DNA of 64,000 nucleotides from Bryobacterales bacterium (GTDB lineage: Bacteria; Acidobacteriota; Terriglobia; Bryobacterales; Bryobacteraceae). Each line of letters begins with the position of its first letter. The stretch's first letter is position 1. Position numbers and translations under genes: made by a program. This document shows, piece by piece, positions 44,001 through 55,346 of the stretch. The notes beneath the pieces are model-generated. The model made no database searches. It was not told the origin of the DNA and saw nothing but the letters and a program-made list of their open reading frames with translations. The stretch covers positions 3,318-67,317 of the forward strand of contig JBBQDH010000002.1 in NCBI GenBank assembly GCA_038319515.1, given 5' to 3'.

Positions 44001-45938
44001 CTACTCGTTTATCTTCGCGGCAATTTCCGCGAGGATGATGGCCGTAAATTCCGAGGTCGGAATCGCGCCCAGATCGCCGCGTTTGCGATGCCGCACGGCC
44101 ACCTGACCTGCTTCGGCCTCGCGCCCGCCAATCACCAGCATGTACGGAACCTTCTGCATTTGCGCATCGCGAATCTTCAGATTCACCTTTTCATTGCGGT
44201 CATCCACGGTCACGCGTACGCCGTGAGCCTTCAGGCTCTCCGCAATCTCACTCGCGTAGGCCTGCTGTTTATCGGTAATGGGCAGCACTGTCACCTGCAC
44301 CGGGGCCAGCCAGGTGGGGAACGCGCCGGCGTAGTGCTCGATCAGAATGCCGAAGAACCGTTCCACCGATCCAAACAGCGCGCGGTGCACCATCAGCGGG
44401 CGATGCTTCTTGCCGTCTTCCGCGATGTATTCCAGTTCAAAACGGCGCGGCAGCGTGAAATCGAACTGCACGGTGGAAAGCTGCCAGAGGCGCCCGATGG
44501 CATCGACCAGCTTTATGTCGATCTTCGGACCGTAGAACGCCGCTTCATCGGGAATCACCTTTGCGTCGATTCCCAGGCGGTCGCAGGCCTTGCGAAGCGC
44601 GCCTTCCGCGAGCGCCCAGTTTTCCGGTTCGCCATCATATTTACCGCTCACGCCGCCGTCCCAGGTGGAGATCTCGGCCTTGTAGGAATGGAAACCGAAA
44701 GTCTTCAGTGTGTCGGTGGCGAAGTCGAGACAGGCGACAATTTCGTCTTCGATCTGTTCCGGGGTACAGAAGATGTGGGCGTCATCCTGTGTGAAACCGC
44801 GCACGCGAAGCAGGCCGTGCATGGTGCCGGAGCGCTCATAGCGATACACGGTACCCAGTTCGCCCAGACGCACGGGCAGGTCCCGATAGCTGTGCTGTTT
44901 GTCACGGTAGATCAGGATGTGCCCCGGGCAGTTCATGGGCTTCAGCTGATACTCGGCGTCGTCCAGCTCCATCGGCTTGAACATGTTTTCCGAGTAGAAC
45001 CCGGCATGGCCGCTGACCTTCCAGAGGTCGCGCCGCATCACGTGCGGGGTGTAGACCAGATAGTAGCCACGCTTAAGATAGGCGTCGCGCATCCAGTCTT
45101 CCAGCTGTTTGCGGATGATGCCGCCCTTTGGATGGAAGAAGATCAGGCCGGGGCCGGCAAGTTCCTGAATGCTGAACAGGTCCAGTTCCTGGCCGAGTTT
45201 GCGGTGGTCGCGCTTCTTTGCTTCTTCCAGCTTGTTGAGGTACTCGTCCAGTTCCTTCTTGCTGAACCAGGCAGTGCCGTAAATACGCTGCAGTTGCTTG
45301 TTCTTTTCGTCGCCCTTCCAGTAGGCACCGGCGATGCTGAGCAGCTTAAAAGCTTTGATCCGGGAAGTATCCGGCACATGCGGCCCGCGGCAGAAATCAA
45401 TGAAGTGGGGCCCGAGCGTGTATTCAGAAAAGATGGCATCCGCGCGCTCTTCAATGAGTTCCACCTTCATCGGCTCATTCATGGCGCGATACTTCGCCAG
45501 ACCTTCCGGTTTGGCAATCAGGCTGCGGTCGAAGGCCAGGTTTTTCGCCTGCAACTCCCACATTTTGGCCTCGATCTTTTCGAGGTCTTGCGGGGTGAAG
45601 GGCTCCGGGCGGTCAAAGTCGTAGTAGAAGCCGGTATCGATGGGCGGCCCGATCCCGAGTTTGGTTTCCGGGAACAGTTCCAGCACGGCGGCTGCGCACA
45701 GGTGTGCGGTCGAGTGGCGATAGACTTCCAGCGCTTCTGCATCTTTATTGGTAAGAATCTGCAGGGTGGAATCCGCTTCAAAGGGGCGCTTCAGGTCGTA
45801 CAGCTTACCGTTGACTTTGGCGACAATGGCGGCGTCAGCAAGACGGGGGCTGATTTTCTGCGCGATATCGAAGGCGCTGGTTCCTGCCGGAACCTGCTGT
45901 ACACTTCCGTCCGGCAAGGTGATTTGGAGGCTGCTCAT
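44001..45938 (-). CDS. thrS: threonine--tRNA ligase
   Basis: ORF trimmed to MSSLQITLPDGS (TGS domain). HSTAHLCAAAV, class II motifs FRxE-like (RVRGFTQDDAHIF) and GAFPTWLAPVQV, and an anticodon-binding C-terminus. Confidence 0.95.
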   Translation of the reverse strand: MSSLQITLPDGSVQQVPAGTSAFDIAQKISPRLADAAIVAKVNGKLYDLKRPFEADSTLQILTNKDAEALEVYRHSTAHLCAAAVLELFPETKLGIGPPIDTGFYYDFDRPEPFTPQDLEKIEAKMWELQAKNLAFDRSLIAKPEGLAKYRAMNEPMKVELIEERADAIFSEYTLGPHFIDFCRGPHVPDTSRIKAFKLLSIAGAYWKGDEKNKQLQRIYGTAWFSKKELDEYLNKLEEAKKRDHRKLGQELDLFSIQELAGPGLIFFHPKGGIIRKQLEDWMRDAYLKRGYYLVYTPHVMRRDLWKVSGHAGFYSENMFKPMELDDAEYQLKPMNCPGHILIYRDKQHSYRDLPVRLGELGTVYRYERSGTMHGLLRVRGFTQDDAHIFCTPEQIEDEIVACLDFATDTLKTFGFHSYKAEISTWDGGVSGKYDGEPENWALAEGALRKACDRLGIDAKVIPDEAAFYGPKIDIKLVDAIGRLWQLSTVQFDFTLPRRFELEYIAEDGKKHRPLMVHRALFGSVERFFGILIEHYAGAFPTWLAPVQVTVLPITDKQQAYASEIAESLKAHGVRVTVDDRNEKVNLKIRDAQMQKVPYMLVIGGREAEAGQVAVRHRKRGDLGAIPTSEFTAIILAEIAAKINE

Positions 45939-46121
45939 AGTTTTACGGGGAATTTTCAGGTTATCACCCGCCGAAGCAGTTTCTTTGGTTAACGGTCCCG
46001 CTGGTACTGCCACTGTTGATTTGGCTGCAACAGATTAGTTACCCTGATAAGGATCAAAAGAGACCGCGCTTGCCACGAGGTCCCCCTCACTTTCAGCTCT
46101 GCTGCCCCGGAGAATTTTTGC

Positions 46122-47096
46122 GTGCATATCTTTGAAAAACTGTGTCTCACAGCGCCCCTGCTGCTGCTTTTGTCCGGTTCGCCGGCATGCGCCAATCTGA
46201 TCATTAACGCGACCTTCGATTCAGCCACGTTTTCGACGCTGAGCCAGTCCGACCGCACCGCAACGCAGAACACCATCAATTCGGTGATCCAGGCCTACCA
46301 GAACGAGATTCTGAATTCCATCACGGTCAATATCAGCTTCAAGGTGGACCAGAGCGTACTGGGCTCCACCCTTTTCACCGCGTACGCCGTGCCCTACGAC
46401 ACCTTCCGCACCAACCTGACCAGTCACGCGGTGAGCGCGGATGACTTCACGGCGCTGGCGCACCTGGCACCCGGGGCAACACTCGACCCCATTACGAGCC
46501 AAAACAAAATCGAGGTCAAGGGACCGCTGGCACGCGCCCTCGCGCTGGGAAATTTCCAGGCGGACAACGCCAATTCCGACGGCACCATCAGCCTGGGCAC
46601 CAACAGCATGAATTTGTCCCGCACGGGCACTCAGGTGGGCACGAATTACGATCTGCAATCGGTCGTCTCGCATGAGATCAATGAAGTCCTCGGCCTTGGT
46701 TCTTCCATGGGAGTCGGCTTCCCGTTCGTCTCGCCGGAGGATTTATTCCGGTACCATGGCACCAGTTCCACCTGCGCCGCGGTGAGCAGTCGCTCCTACA
46801 CTTCGTCCGCTGCGGAGACCTCGTGCTTTTCGATTGACGGCAGCACCGGACTCGCCCGCTTCAACCAGAGCAGCCCGGGCGACTATGGTGACTGGTTGAG
46901 CGTGAACGGTTCACCCAAGGTTCAGGATGCGTTCGCGACCCCCGGAACTCAGGCCAACAACGGCATCGAATGGAAAGCGCTTGACGTAATGGGCTACAAC
47001 CTGGCTCCCGCTGCCGTGCCCGAACCCGCAACGGGCGCTTTGTTTGCAGTCACTCTCGGGGTTGCCGGGTTCTGGCGGCGGAAGCGAACGGTTTAA
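46122..47096 (+). CDS. PEP-CTERM-anchored secreted protein, putative metalloprotease-like domain
   Basis: 324 aa. Signal peptide. SHEINEVLGLG motif. C-terminal VPEPATGALFAVTLGVAGFWRRKR is a PEP-CTERM sorting signal (PEP, TM helix, basic tail). Confidence 0.8.
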   Translation: MHIFEKLCLTAPLLLLLSGSPACANLIINATFDSATFSTLSQSDRTATQNTINSVIQAYQNEILNSITVNISFKVDQSVLGSTLFTAYAVPYDTFRTNLTSHAVSADDFTALAHLAPGATLDPITSQNKIEVKGPLARALALGNFQADNANSDGTISLGTNSMNLSRTGTQVGTNYDLQSVVSHEINEVLGLGSSMGVGFPFVSPEDLFRYHGTSSTCAAVSSRSYTSSAAETSCFSIDGSTGLARFNQSSPGDYGDWLSVNGSPKVQDAFATPGTQANNGIEWKALDVMGYNLAPAAVPEPATGALFAVTLGVAGFWRRKRTV

Positions 47097-48007
47097 CCCC
47101 GATACAGAGGGCGGCCCTGGCGCTCCGTGTGTGCCCGGAACAGAAAGCCCTCGATGGTGGTTACATAGAGGACCGAAAGATCATTGCCTCCGAACGCGCA
47201 GTTCGTCGGTCGGGTGCAGGGGACCGCGTGCGTCTCCAGCACTTCACCGGAGGGCGAGAACACGTACATCATCGGCCCCGGGCCGCTCACTTCCCAACCA
47301 CAACAGGCGATGATGTTGCCTTCCGTATCGAGTCGCATACCATCGATTCCGCGATGAGCGCCGAAGTCGTGCAGGATTTCCGGTTGGCCAAGAGATCTGT
47401 CATCGTTGACCGGATAGGCCCGCAACTGGCGCGCCTCGGTGGGCTCCCGGCCACTCTGCGCGACGTAGAGCGTCTTGTAGTCGAGTGAAAACAGGAGGCC
47501 GTTCGGGCGCGTGGTTTCGAAAGTAACGCGGGCAATGCTCCAGGTCCCGTCTGCCTGTGGATCCAGCCGATAGACGGACTCATGTACCAGGTCTTTGTGG
47601 GTGCGGTCGGCACTCCAGGGTCCGGCGGCGCCTTCGTAGAACGGATCAGTGAACCAGACGCTTCCTTGCCGGTCGACCACCAGATCGTTCGGGATATTAA
47701 GTCGTTTCCCCTCGAACCTGTCGGCCAGAACCGTCACCGAACCATCCGTCTCATAGCGGACAACCCGGCGGTGGTTCTCATCTGCCCCGCCCTCGCACGC
47801 ATACAACCGGCCTTGGGCGTCGAACGTCAGGCCGTTGGCGTAGTTCGTGTTTTCACGCCAGACGGAGACCTCGTTTGTGCCGGGGTCGTATCGCATGATC
47901 CGGCTCTGGAAAATTCGGGTGAACAGCATTCCCGATCCGTCCCATGCATTTCCTTCAGAGACCTTCCCGTAGGCCGGGTCGAGTGTTTCAAATTTCCATT
48001 CGGTCAT
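47093..48007 (-). CDS. SMP-30/gluconolactonase/LRE family protein
   Basis: 304 aa. [52 protein letters not shown] and [13 protein letters not shown] are six-bladed propeller lactonase motifs. Confidence 0.8.
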   Translation of the reverse strand: MTEWKFETLDPAYGKVSEGNAWDGSGMLFTRIFQSRIMRYDPGTNEVSVWRENTNYANGLTFDAQGRLYACEGGADENHRRVVRYETDGSVTVLADRFEGKRLNIPNDLVVDRQGSVWFTDPFYEGAAGPWSADRTHKDLVHESVYRLDPQADGTWSIARVTFETTRPNGLLFSLDYKTLYVAQSGREPTEARQLRAYPVNDDRSLGQPEILHDFGAHRGIDGMRLDTEGNIIACCGWEVSGPGPMMYVFSPSGEVLETHAVPCTRPTNCAFGGNDLSVLYVTTIEGFLFRAHTERQGRPLYRG

Positions 48008-49488
48008 GATCTGGCGGCTGAGAGGCCATGATATCCAACTCTGCCTCGGGAAGCTCTGAAACCCTGATTCCCTTCGCCCAACATGCCGGTCAGCCTGGCA
48101 AGGATTCCCTGCAGCGCTGAGGCCTGTGAATTGAGTTCCTGAGCGGCTGCGGCGCTCTGTTCCGCGCCGGCGGCCGAGCGCTGTGTGACCTGCTCAATCT
48201 GAACCAGCGCGCCGCTGATGGAGTCGAGGCCTTTGACCTGTTCCTGGCTGCCGGCGCTGACCTCGTGAACCAGGCTCTTCACCCTTTCCGAGTCCGTCGC
48301 AATACTGCGGATGGCGGAAGCAACCTCATTCACTTTCACGGACCCTGACTGTGAAGCGGAGATGGAGCCTTCGATCAACCCGGCGGTATCCCGCGCGGCG
48401 GTAGCGCTTCGCTGCGCCAGATTTCGCACTTCATCGGCGACCACGGCAAATCCCATTCCGGCCTCACCAGCGCGCGCCGCTTCAACCGCCGCGTTGAGCG
48501 CCAGAATGTTGGTCTGGAAAGCGATCTCATCGATCACCCGGATGATCTTCGAGATCTTATCGCCCGACGAACAGATCTCACCCATGGCGGCCACCATCTC
48601 ATCCAGCGCCACGATGGTGCGGGCAAATTTCACCTGTGAGGAGTTCACCAGTTCAGCCGCACGGACCGCACTCCCCGTGTTCTTTCCGGCCGTTGTCTGG
48701 ATCTCTTTGCCCGCTGCAGCGGTCTCTTCGAGCGAGGCGGCCTGCTGAGACGCTCCCTGGGCCACCGCCTGACTGACGGAGGATACCTGGACGGAAGCCT
48801 GAGCTACTTCGTTTGCTCCCACGCGGAGCTCAGTCACCGCTTTGCGAAGCGACGCCACGATGCCGCGTATCTGAAACAACGTAGCGCTGCCCAGCAGAAG
48901 ACAAAGCGTCAGCGCCACGGCGGTGGAAATCAGGACACTTTGGTGCGTGTCTTCCAAAGCAGCTTTACTCTCGCCCATAATCTCCACCTGAATTGCGGAG
49001 AGGCGCTCAGCGTCCTCAATGACTTTTGCTGTAAGAGGCGTAATCTGCCTTCGGAGTGTATTGGCAGCATCGGCATCGCCGCCGGTCGCGCTTCGTAAGA
49101 GGCCTTCAAAAAGGGTATTCCATTGCTCAGATAGGGAGACAAGGTCGGCAAGCCGCACTTTGGCCTCCTCCTTAACCAACAAGGGGACGATCTCCTTAGT
49201 TGCTTTTCTTAGCAGATCCAGACTGCTTCTGAACTTCCTTTCATTCGTCGCCAGTTCCGCCTGATCCTTCGCGTAAGCCGCCAACACCACGCCCCGCTGA
49301 GCCGTCATCATTGCAGGCGCCGCATTCTCCAGAGCATTCGCAAGTTCGATCTTGTGGGCCACTGGTCCGGTCACCAGATCAAACCCCTTCTTAAACGACT
49401 CAATTCCACGCAGCGCAACGCCACCGAGAATCGCCGTAAAAACAAACATGGAAACCGTGCCCGCCATCAATTTCGTTCCAATCGTCAT
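48004..49488 (-). CDS. methyl-accepting chemotaxis protein
   Basis: ORF trimmed to ATG 49488 (MTIGTKL). Two TM helices flank a 4HB-like sensor. HAMP domain. Conserved signalling hairpin ([40 protein letters not shown]). Confidence 0.9.
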   Translation of the reverse strand: MTIGTKLMAGTVSMFVFTAILGGVALRGIESFKKGFDLVTGPVAHKIELANALENAAPAMMTAQRGVVLAAYAKDQAELATNERKFRSSLDLLRKATKEIVPLLVKEEAKVRLADLVSLSEQWNTLFEGLLRSATGGDADAANTLRRQITPLTAKVIEDAERLSAIQVEIMGESKAALEDTHQSVLISTAVALTLCLLLGSATLFQIRGIVASLRKAVTELRVGANEVAQASVQVSSVSQAVAQGASQQAASLEETAAAGKEIQTTAGKNTGSAVRAAELVNSSQVKFARTIVALDEMVAAMGEICSSGDKISKIIRVIDEIAFQTNILALNAAVEAARAGEAGMGFAVVADEVRNLAQRSATAARDTAGLIEGSISASQSGSVKVNEVASAIRSIATDSERVKSLVHEVSAGSQEQVKGLDSISGALVQIEQVTQRSAAGAEQSAAAAQELNSQASALQGILARLTGMLGEGNQGFRASRGRVGYHGLSAARS

Positions 49489-49584
49489 ACTTCTGCTTTG
49501 CCCCTTTGATGGATCTCGCCCCACAGGCGTTTATCGGCGGGAAGCGATCAGAACTTTACGGAGCCCCCGGACAAGATACGAGCA

Positions 49585-49616
49585 AACAAAAAAAGGCCCC
49601 GGAAACTCCGGGGCCT
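49585..49616 (-). terminator. rho-independent terminator after rpoD
   Basis: The minus strand reads GGCCCCGG-AGTTT-CCGGGGCC (8 GC pairs, 49595-49602 with 49608-49615) followed by TTTTTTTGTTTG (A-run 49588-49594 on the plus strand). Lies 27 nt downstream of the rpoD stop. Confidence 0.85.
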
Positions 49617-49642
49617 TTCTGGTTTGAGGATATGCGGAAATC

Positions 49643-51166
<1,524 letters not shown>

Positions 51167-51383
51167 GAGCTCAATACCTTCCCGGCGAATAAGAGCGCAA
51201 GCACAGGCGCACGCCAATAACAGCTAAATAGTTTCTTTTGTAAATGTTAGGATCGGCGAAACGCCTCAAACAGCCGCACTAGCGGGAAGGGAGCAATAGT
51301 TGGCGCAGAGGCACAGAGCTCCCGAGTTTCAGGTTAACACAAATGAAGCGGAACGTGTCCTGTTTCTTTGGATGCAGGAAGCA

Positions 51384-51416
51384 GGGGTTGGTTCCGAAGA
51401 ATTCGGCCCCAACCCC
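51384..51416 (-). terminator. hairpin 10 nt downstream of the TIM-barrel gene stop (possible terminator/insulator before the rpoD promoter region)
   Basis: ggggttgg-tt-ccgaa gaa ttcgg-cc-ccaacccc: 8 bp, a 2x2 internal loop, then 5 bp. No clear U-tract. Confidence 0.35.
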
Positions 51417-51426
51417 GAGGAGCGCG

Positions 51427-52461
51427 TTATCCCAGCAAGACGTCGCGGCAATATTGCAGGCATTTCGCCACTTCGATCACCGAATCGGTACCCTGGTACT
51501 CGTATTCGATATTGGCCGGGAAGGGGTATTTCTCTTTTTGGAGGAGGTGTAGCACTTCCTTGATTGGGGTCGTACCATCGCCCCAGCGCAGGTTGCCGCC
51601 GCGCCCGCCGCCTGCCGGATTGCGCACGCGATCTTTCAGATGGAGGTTAGAAATCCGCGCATGGTTCTCCTTAATGTAAGCAACCGCGTCATAACCCGCC
51701 GCCGTAAAGTGGCCAATATCGAGGTTCACGCCGATGTATTTGCTGAACGACATGATTTTTGCGTAGCTTTCCAGCGTGGCAAACTGTTCGGGATCGTCCA
51801 CTGCATCGTGACCATGGCCGGCCCAGAGCATTTTGTACTTTTCGGCAAAGGGGGCCACGCGTTTTGCGATGGTGACGGTGGAACTGGAAGAAATGCCCTT
51901 CACGCCCAGCGCTTCCGCCATGCGGAAAGAGTAGTCAAGCTCCTCGTCCTTCACGTTGCCATTCAGGTTGTAGCAAAGGATACGGAGGTCAATACCGGCG
52001 TCGTCGAACTGCTTCCGGACGTCCTTATAGGAATCCATGGAGACACCGGCGCGCCATTTTTCGAGTTCAGCGCGGGCGGCATCCTGAGCCGCGCGGGCAG
52101 CCGTTGCGGCAGCCTGCTGTTCGGGTGTCAAGGGCTGCTGGCCACCGCGTCCGCGCCCTCCTCCGCCAAAAGCCGGGGGAGCAGGTGCGCCCGCCAGGGC
52201 CTCGGCGTGGTTGCTCATCAGTTCCACGGAGTTGATGCCCAGCTTTGTGATCGTCGGGATGAGGTCTTTAGCCGTCACACCCTGGCGAAAACTATAGGTA
52301 ATGACGCCAATCTGCACGCCCGCGAAGTTGGAATTGGGTTTGGCTGGCGGGCCTCCGCGACCGAAACCACCCGGTCCGCCGGCCGGGGGCGGTGTTTGTG
52401 CCGCCGCTGAGGCCGACACGGCCGCGAGCGCTGTCTTTCCGAAATTCCGTCTTGAAACCAC
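51427..52461 (-). CDS. Tat-signal sugar phosphate isomerase/epimerase (xylose isomerase-like TIM barrel) with Gly/Arg-rich insertions
   Basis: 344 aa. MVSRRNFGKTALAAVSASAAAQ. TIM-barrel body (INSVELM..., NLDIGHFTAAG..., ANIEYEYQG). Low-complexity PPPAGGPGGFGRGGPPAKP and FGGGGRGRGGQQ segments. Confidence 0.8.
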   Translation of the reverse strand: MVSRRNFGKTALAAVSASAAAQTPPPAGGPGGFGRGGPPAKPNSNFAGVQIGVITYSFRQGVTAKDLIPTITKLGINSVELMSNHAEALAGAPAPPAFGGGGRGRGGQQPLTPEQQAAATAARAAQDAARAELEKWRAGVSMDSYKDVRKQFDDAGIDLRILCYNLNGNVKDEELDYSFRMAEALGVKGISSSSTVTIAKRVAPFAEKYKMLWAGHGHDAVDDPEQFATLESYAKIMSFSKYIGVNLDIGHFTAAGYDAVAYIKENHARISNLHLKDRVRNPAGGGRGGNLRWGDGTTPIKEVLHLLQKEKYPFPANIEYEYQGTDSVIEVAKCLQYCRDVLLG

Positions 52462-52667
52462 GTGGTATCTCCTTCGGGGCGCACCTCAGCAAGAGTGGCG
52501 GCCTCCTGTCAGTGTGGCGACATTGGCAGGGCTTGCGGTAACTGCCCGTGTAGTTTTTACAAGAAATTGCGCAGGGTACGTGCCGCCGGTACCTCCACAC
52601 CTGGGCTTTTGACATTTTTCGTGGCCCGCACCATTCAGGCAGGCGGAACCGCCTGGTACCGCCAAAC

Positions 52668-53426
52668 CTACAATTTTTCTGCGGCCTCGGCGTCCAGGAA
52701 CATGGTCGCGTCGGAGTGCCGGCGCAGGGCGGAGGCCGGGCACGCCTCGGCGATCGGACCCTCAATCGCAGCTTTTACCGCCGCGCTCTTGTGGTGTCCG
52801 TTGACGAAGACGAGCGCACGCGGCACGCTCAGGAAGAACGGGACCGTCAGAGAAAGCGCCTGTTTCGGCACGTCTTCCAGGGTCGCAAAAGCGCCGTCAT
52901 GCACCTGTTGCATCCGGCAGACCTCGTCCAGTTCCACGGGCCGCACGGTGCGGGGGTCATGGAAATCGCAAACCGGCGGGTCGATGAATGCCAGGTGGCC
53001 ATTCTCTCCAACGCCCATGATGATCAGCGATGGGTTCGCTTTTTCAAGCAGTGCCGCGTAGCGCGCGCACTCGGCGTCGGGGTCCGCAGCTTCCCCGTCC
53101 AGCTGATGGAAGGCCGCCACCGGAACATGGTCCAGCAGCCGTTCCCTGAGAAAGCGCCGGAACGACGCGGGATGTTCGCCGCTCATGCCGGCGTACTCAT
53201 CCATATGGAATGCCGTGATTTTCTCCCAGGCGATGCCGGACTGCGCGCGCAGGGCGGCAAGAAACGGATCTTGGGAGACGGCAGACGCGAACACGATTGC
53301 CATTTTCCCGTCGCGATCAATTGTCTCGCGGATTCGGGCAGCGGCGATTTCGGCCCCCTGTGCGCCGGCCTCCGCGCGCGTCGGGAAAATCCGGACTTCC
53401 AGTTGGTCTTTACTGAACGTTCTCAT
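52668..53426 (-). CDS. glucosamine-6-phosphate deaminase / 6-phosphogluconolactonase (NagB/SOL) family protein
   Basis: 252 aa. IVFASAVSQDPFL, FHMDEYAG and IMGVGENGHLAFIDPP are hallmark NagB-family motifs. Confidence 0.8.
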   Translation of the reverse strand: MRTFSKDQLEVRIFPTRAEAGAQGAEIAAARIRETIDRDGKMAIVFASAVSQDPFLAALRAQSGIAWEKITAFHMDEYAGMSGEHPASFRRFLRERLLDHVPVAAFHQLDGEAADPDAECARYAALLEKANPSLIIMGVGENGHLAFIDPPVCDFHDPRTVRPVELDEVCRMQQVHDGAFATLEDVPKQALSLTVPFFLSVPRALVFVNGHHKSAAVKAAIEGPIAEACPASALRRHSDATMFLDAEAAEKL

Positions 53427-54325
53427 TGCTTTGGTGTCGATACGGTGATGTCGCGGAACTTCAGGCCACCGGTGTGGTCGCCCTGAATGTAGAACGGTCC
53501 CGGCTCGGATTCATTGGCGTCCAGCGCGCCACCGGTAATCCCTTCGATCTCCTTGTGGTCGACAGTCGTCACCCCGTTGCGGACGATGGTGACGGTGCGG
53601 CCCACCAGCATGATGTCGAAGGTATCCCACTCGCCCGGTTTCCGGGGCAGGTCGACTGCCGGGGCGATGCGGCCATAAATCGCCCCGATACGGCGCTCCG
53701 GAGGATTCTTCGCCAACGGCTCATACTCCAGCTGCATTTCATAACGCCCACGCAGGTAAAATCCGCTGTTGGCGTGGTCGGGGCAGTTGGCCTCGAAGTG
53801 CACTTTGAAGTCCTGAAAGGTCCGTTTGGTTTTCAGATTCGCGCCGTGGTCTTCGTTGGTGAGCAGGCCATCTTTCACCAGCCAATGGCTGTTTGCCGCC
53901 ATCGGCTCCCAGCCTTCGAGCGTCTTGCCATCGAAAAGGGCGACCGGCTTGTTCCAGCTCTTCGGCTCGGCGCGTTTCAGTTCCGGCTCCCGAAAGCCTG
54001 ATAGCGGGGTCGAGGTCGCGCCGGATTTCTGGGGGCCCGTCAGCTTGTCGCCGGCTGCGTCGAGTTCCCACGTCACAGTGGAAACAGTGAGCGTCAGGTG
54101 CTTGCCGTCAGCCTTGAAGTCCTTGATTTGCCGGACGTTGCCGCCGGTGGGCTGCAGCCAGACTTCGAGGGTTCCGTTTTTCTCAGTGACGCCCAGCCAG
54201 GCGGCTTCGTGCGCGCCATTCGCAGCGGTCAAGTTGAAGCCCCAGCGGCCCGCCAACGGGCTTTGCGCGAAGGCAAGCGGGGCAAATGTCACAAACACCG
54301 CCACAAGAGACGACAATACTTTCAT
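53423..54325 (-). CDS. secreted DUF1080 (3-keto-disaccharide hydrolase-like) domain protein
   Basis: 300 aa. Signal peptide MKVLSSLVAVFVTFAPLAFAQS. C-terminal LFDGKTLEGWEP...FQDFKVHFEA...NSGFYLRGRYEMQLE...GEWDTFDIMLVGRTVTIVRNG...FYIQGDHTGGLKFRDI. 4-nt overlap with the downstream gene. Confidence 0.8.
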   Translation of the reverse strand: MKVLSSLVAVFVTFAPLAFAQSPLAGRWGFNLTAANGAHEAAWLGVTEKNGTLEVWLQPTGGNVRQIKDFKADGKHLTLTVSTVTWELDAAGDKLTGPQKSGATSTPLSGFREPELKRAEPKSWNKPVALFDGKTLEGWEPMAANSHWLVKDGLLTNEDHGANLKTKRTFQDFKVHFEANCPDHANSGFYLRGRYEMQLEYEPLAKNPPERRIGAIYGRIAPAVDLPRKPGEWDTFDIMLVGRTVTIVRNGVTTVDHKEIEGITGGALDANESEPGPFYIQGDHTGGLKFRDITVSTPKQ

Positions 54326-55346
54326 GAAGGCAGTTTATTACACGCTCCTGGGTCTTACCGCGACGGCATTCGGCCAAAGCTGGCTCCCGCAGGTGAGCGA
54401 CGTCACCGCCGGGCTGCGCGGTGTCAGCGCCGTCAGTGAACAGATTGTCTGGGCCAGCGGAACCGACGGCACGTGGCTTCGGACCACCGATGGCGGCAAA
54501 ATCTGGAAATCGGGCGTCGTCCCCGGGGCATCGGCTTTGGATTTTCGGGGCGTGTGGGCGGTGAGCCAGTTGACTGCGTGGCTGATGAGCAGCGGCGAGG
54601 GCGAGAAATCCCGCATCTACAAAACAACTGACGCCGGAGCTACCTGGAACCTGCAATTCACGAATCCCGACCCGAAGGGTTTTTGGGATGCAATTGCATT
54701 TTGGGATGTGCGCCACGGCATCGTCGCGGGCGACCCGGTGGACGGCCGGATGACCGTTTTCACAACCTCCGATGGCGGCCAGCACTGGGATCGTCAGCAA
54801 CTCCCTCCGATCACCGGCGAAGAAGGTGCATTCGCGGCCAGCAATTCATCCCTGCGGCTGGCGGGCAAGGCTGAGGCCTGGCTCGGCACGGGGGGAAAGG
54901 GCGCGGCCCGCGTGCTGCATACAAAGGACGGCTGCAAGACCTGGACTGCCGTCGCCACGCCGCTCCGGAACGATGGCCCTGCCGCAGGGATTTTCTCTCT
55001 GGCGTTCCGCGACACGAAACACGGCATCGCGGTGGGAGGCGACTACGGGAAAGACAATGAAACCAAGCAGAATATCGCCGCGACCTCAGACGGCGGACTC
55101 ACCTGGACCGCGCTTGCTACCGGAGCGGCCACCGGACCTGCCGGGTTTCGTTCCGCGGCGGCGTATGTCCCGAAACTTCGGCTCTGGGTAGTGACAGGAA
55201 CTTCGGGTTCAGACGCTTCAACGGACGATGGCCGCACCTGGAAGCTCTTCGACGAAGGGAGTTATAACGCTCTCGCCGTCGCCGGTGGTCGTTCGATCTG
55301 GGCCGTCGGCGCGAAGGGCCGGATCGCCCGCCTGGCTATACCGTAG
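54324..55346 (+). CDS. secreted BNR/Ycf48-like beta-propeller protein
   Basis: ORF 53826..55346 trimmed to ATG 54324 (MKAVYYTLLGLTATAFGQS). Repeated TxDGGxxW motifs (TTDGGKIW, TTDAGATW, TSDGGQHW, TKDGCKTW, TSDGGLTW, TDDGRTW). Confidence 0.8.
   Translation: MKAVYYTLLGLTATAFGQSWLPQVSDVTAGLRGVSAVSEQIVWASGTDGTWLRTTDGGKIWKSGVVPGASALDFRGVWAVSQLTAWLMSSGEGEKSRIYKTTDAGATWNLQFTNPDPKGFWDAIAFWDVRHGIVAGDPVDGRMTVFTTSDGGQHWDRQQLPPITGEEGAFAASNSSLRLAGKAEAWLGTGGKGAARVLHTKDGCKTWTAVATPLRNDGPAAGIFSLAFRDTKHGIAVGGDYGKDNETKQNIAATSDGGLTWTALATGAATGPAGFRSAAAYVPKLRLWVVTGTSGSDASTDDGRTWKLFDEGSYNALAVAGGRSIWAVGAKGRIARLAIP

Noticed and set aside
43911-45992. 693-aa plus-strand ORF
   Set aside because: Entirely antisense to thrS, which has unmistakable class II synthetase motifs. 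The ORF has no recognisable domain and a biased composition. The same reasoning applies to 17841..19010(-), 8400..9542(+), 2481..3611(+), 25935..26936(+) and 42452..43504(+).
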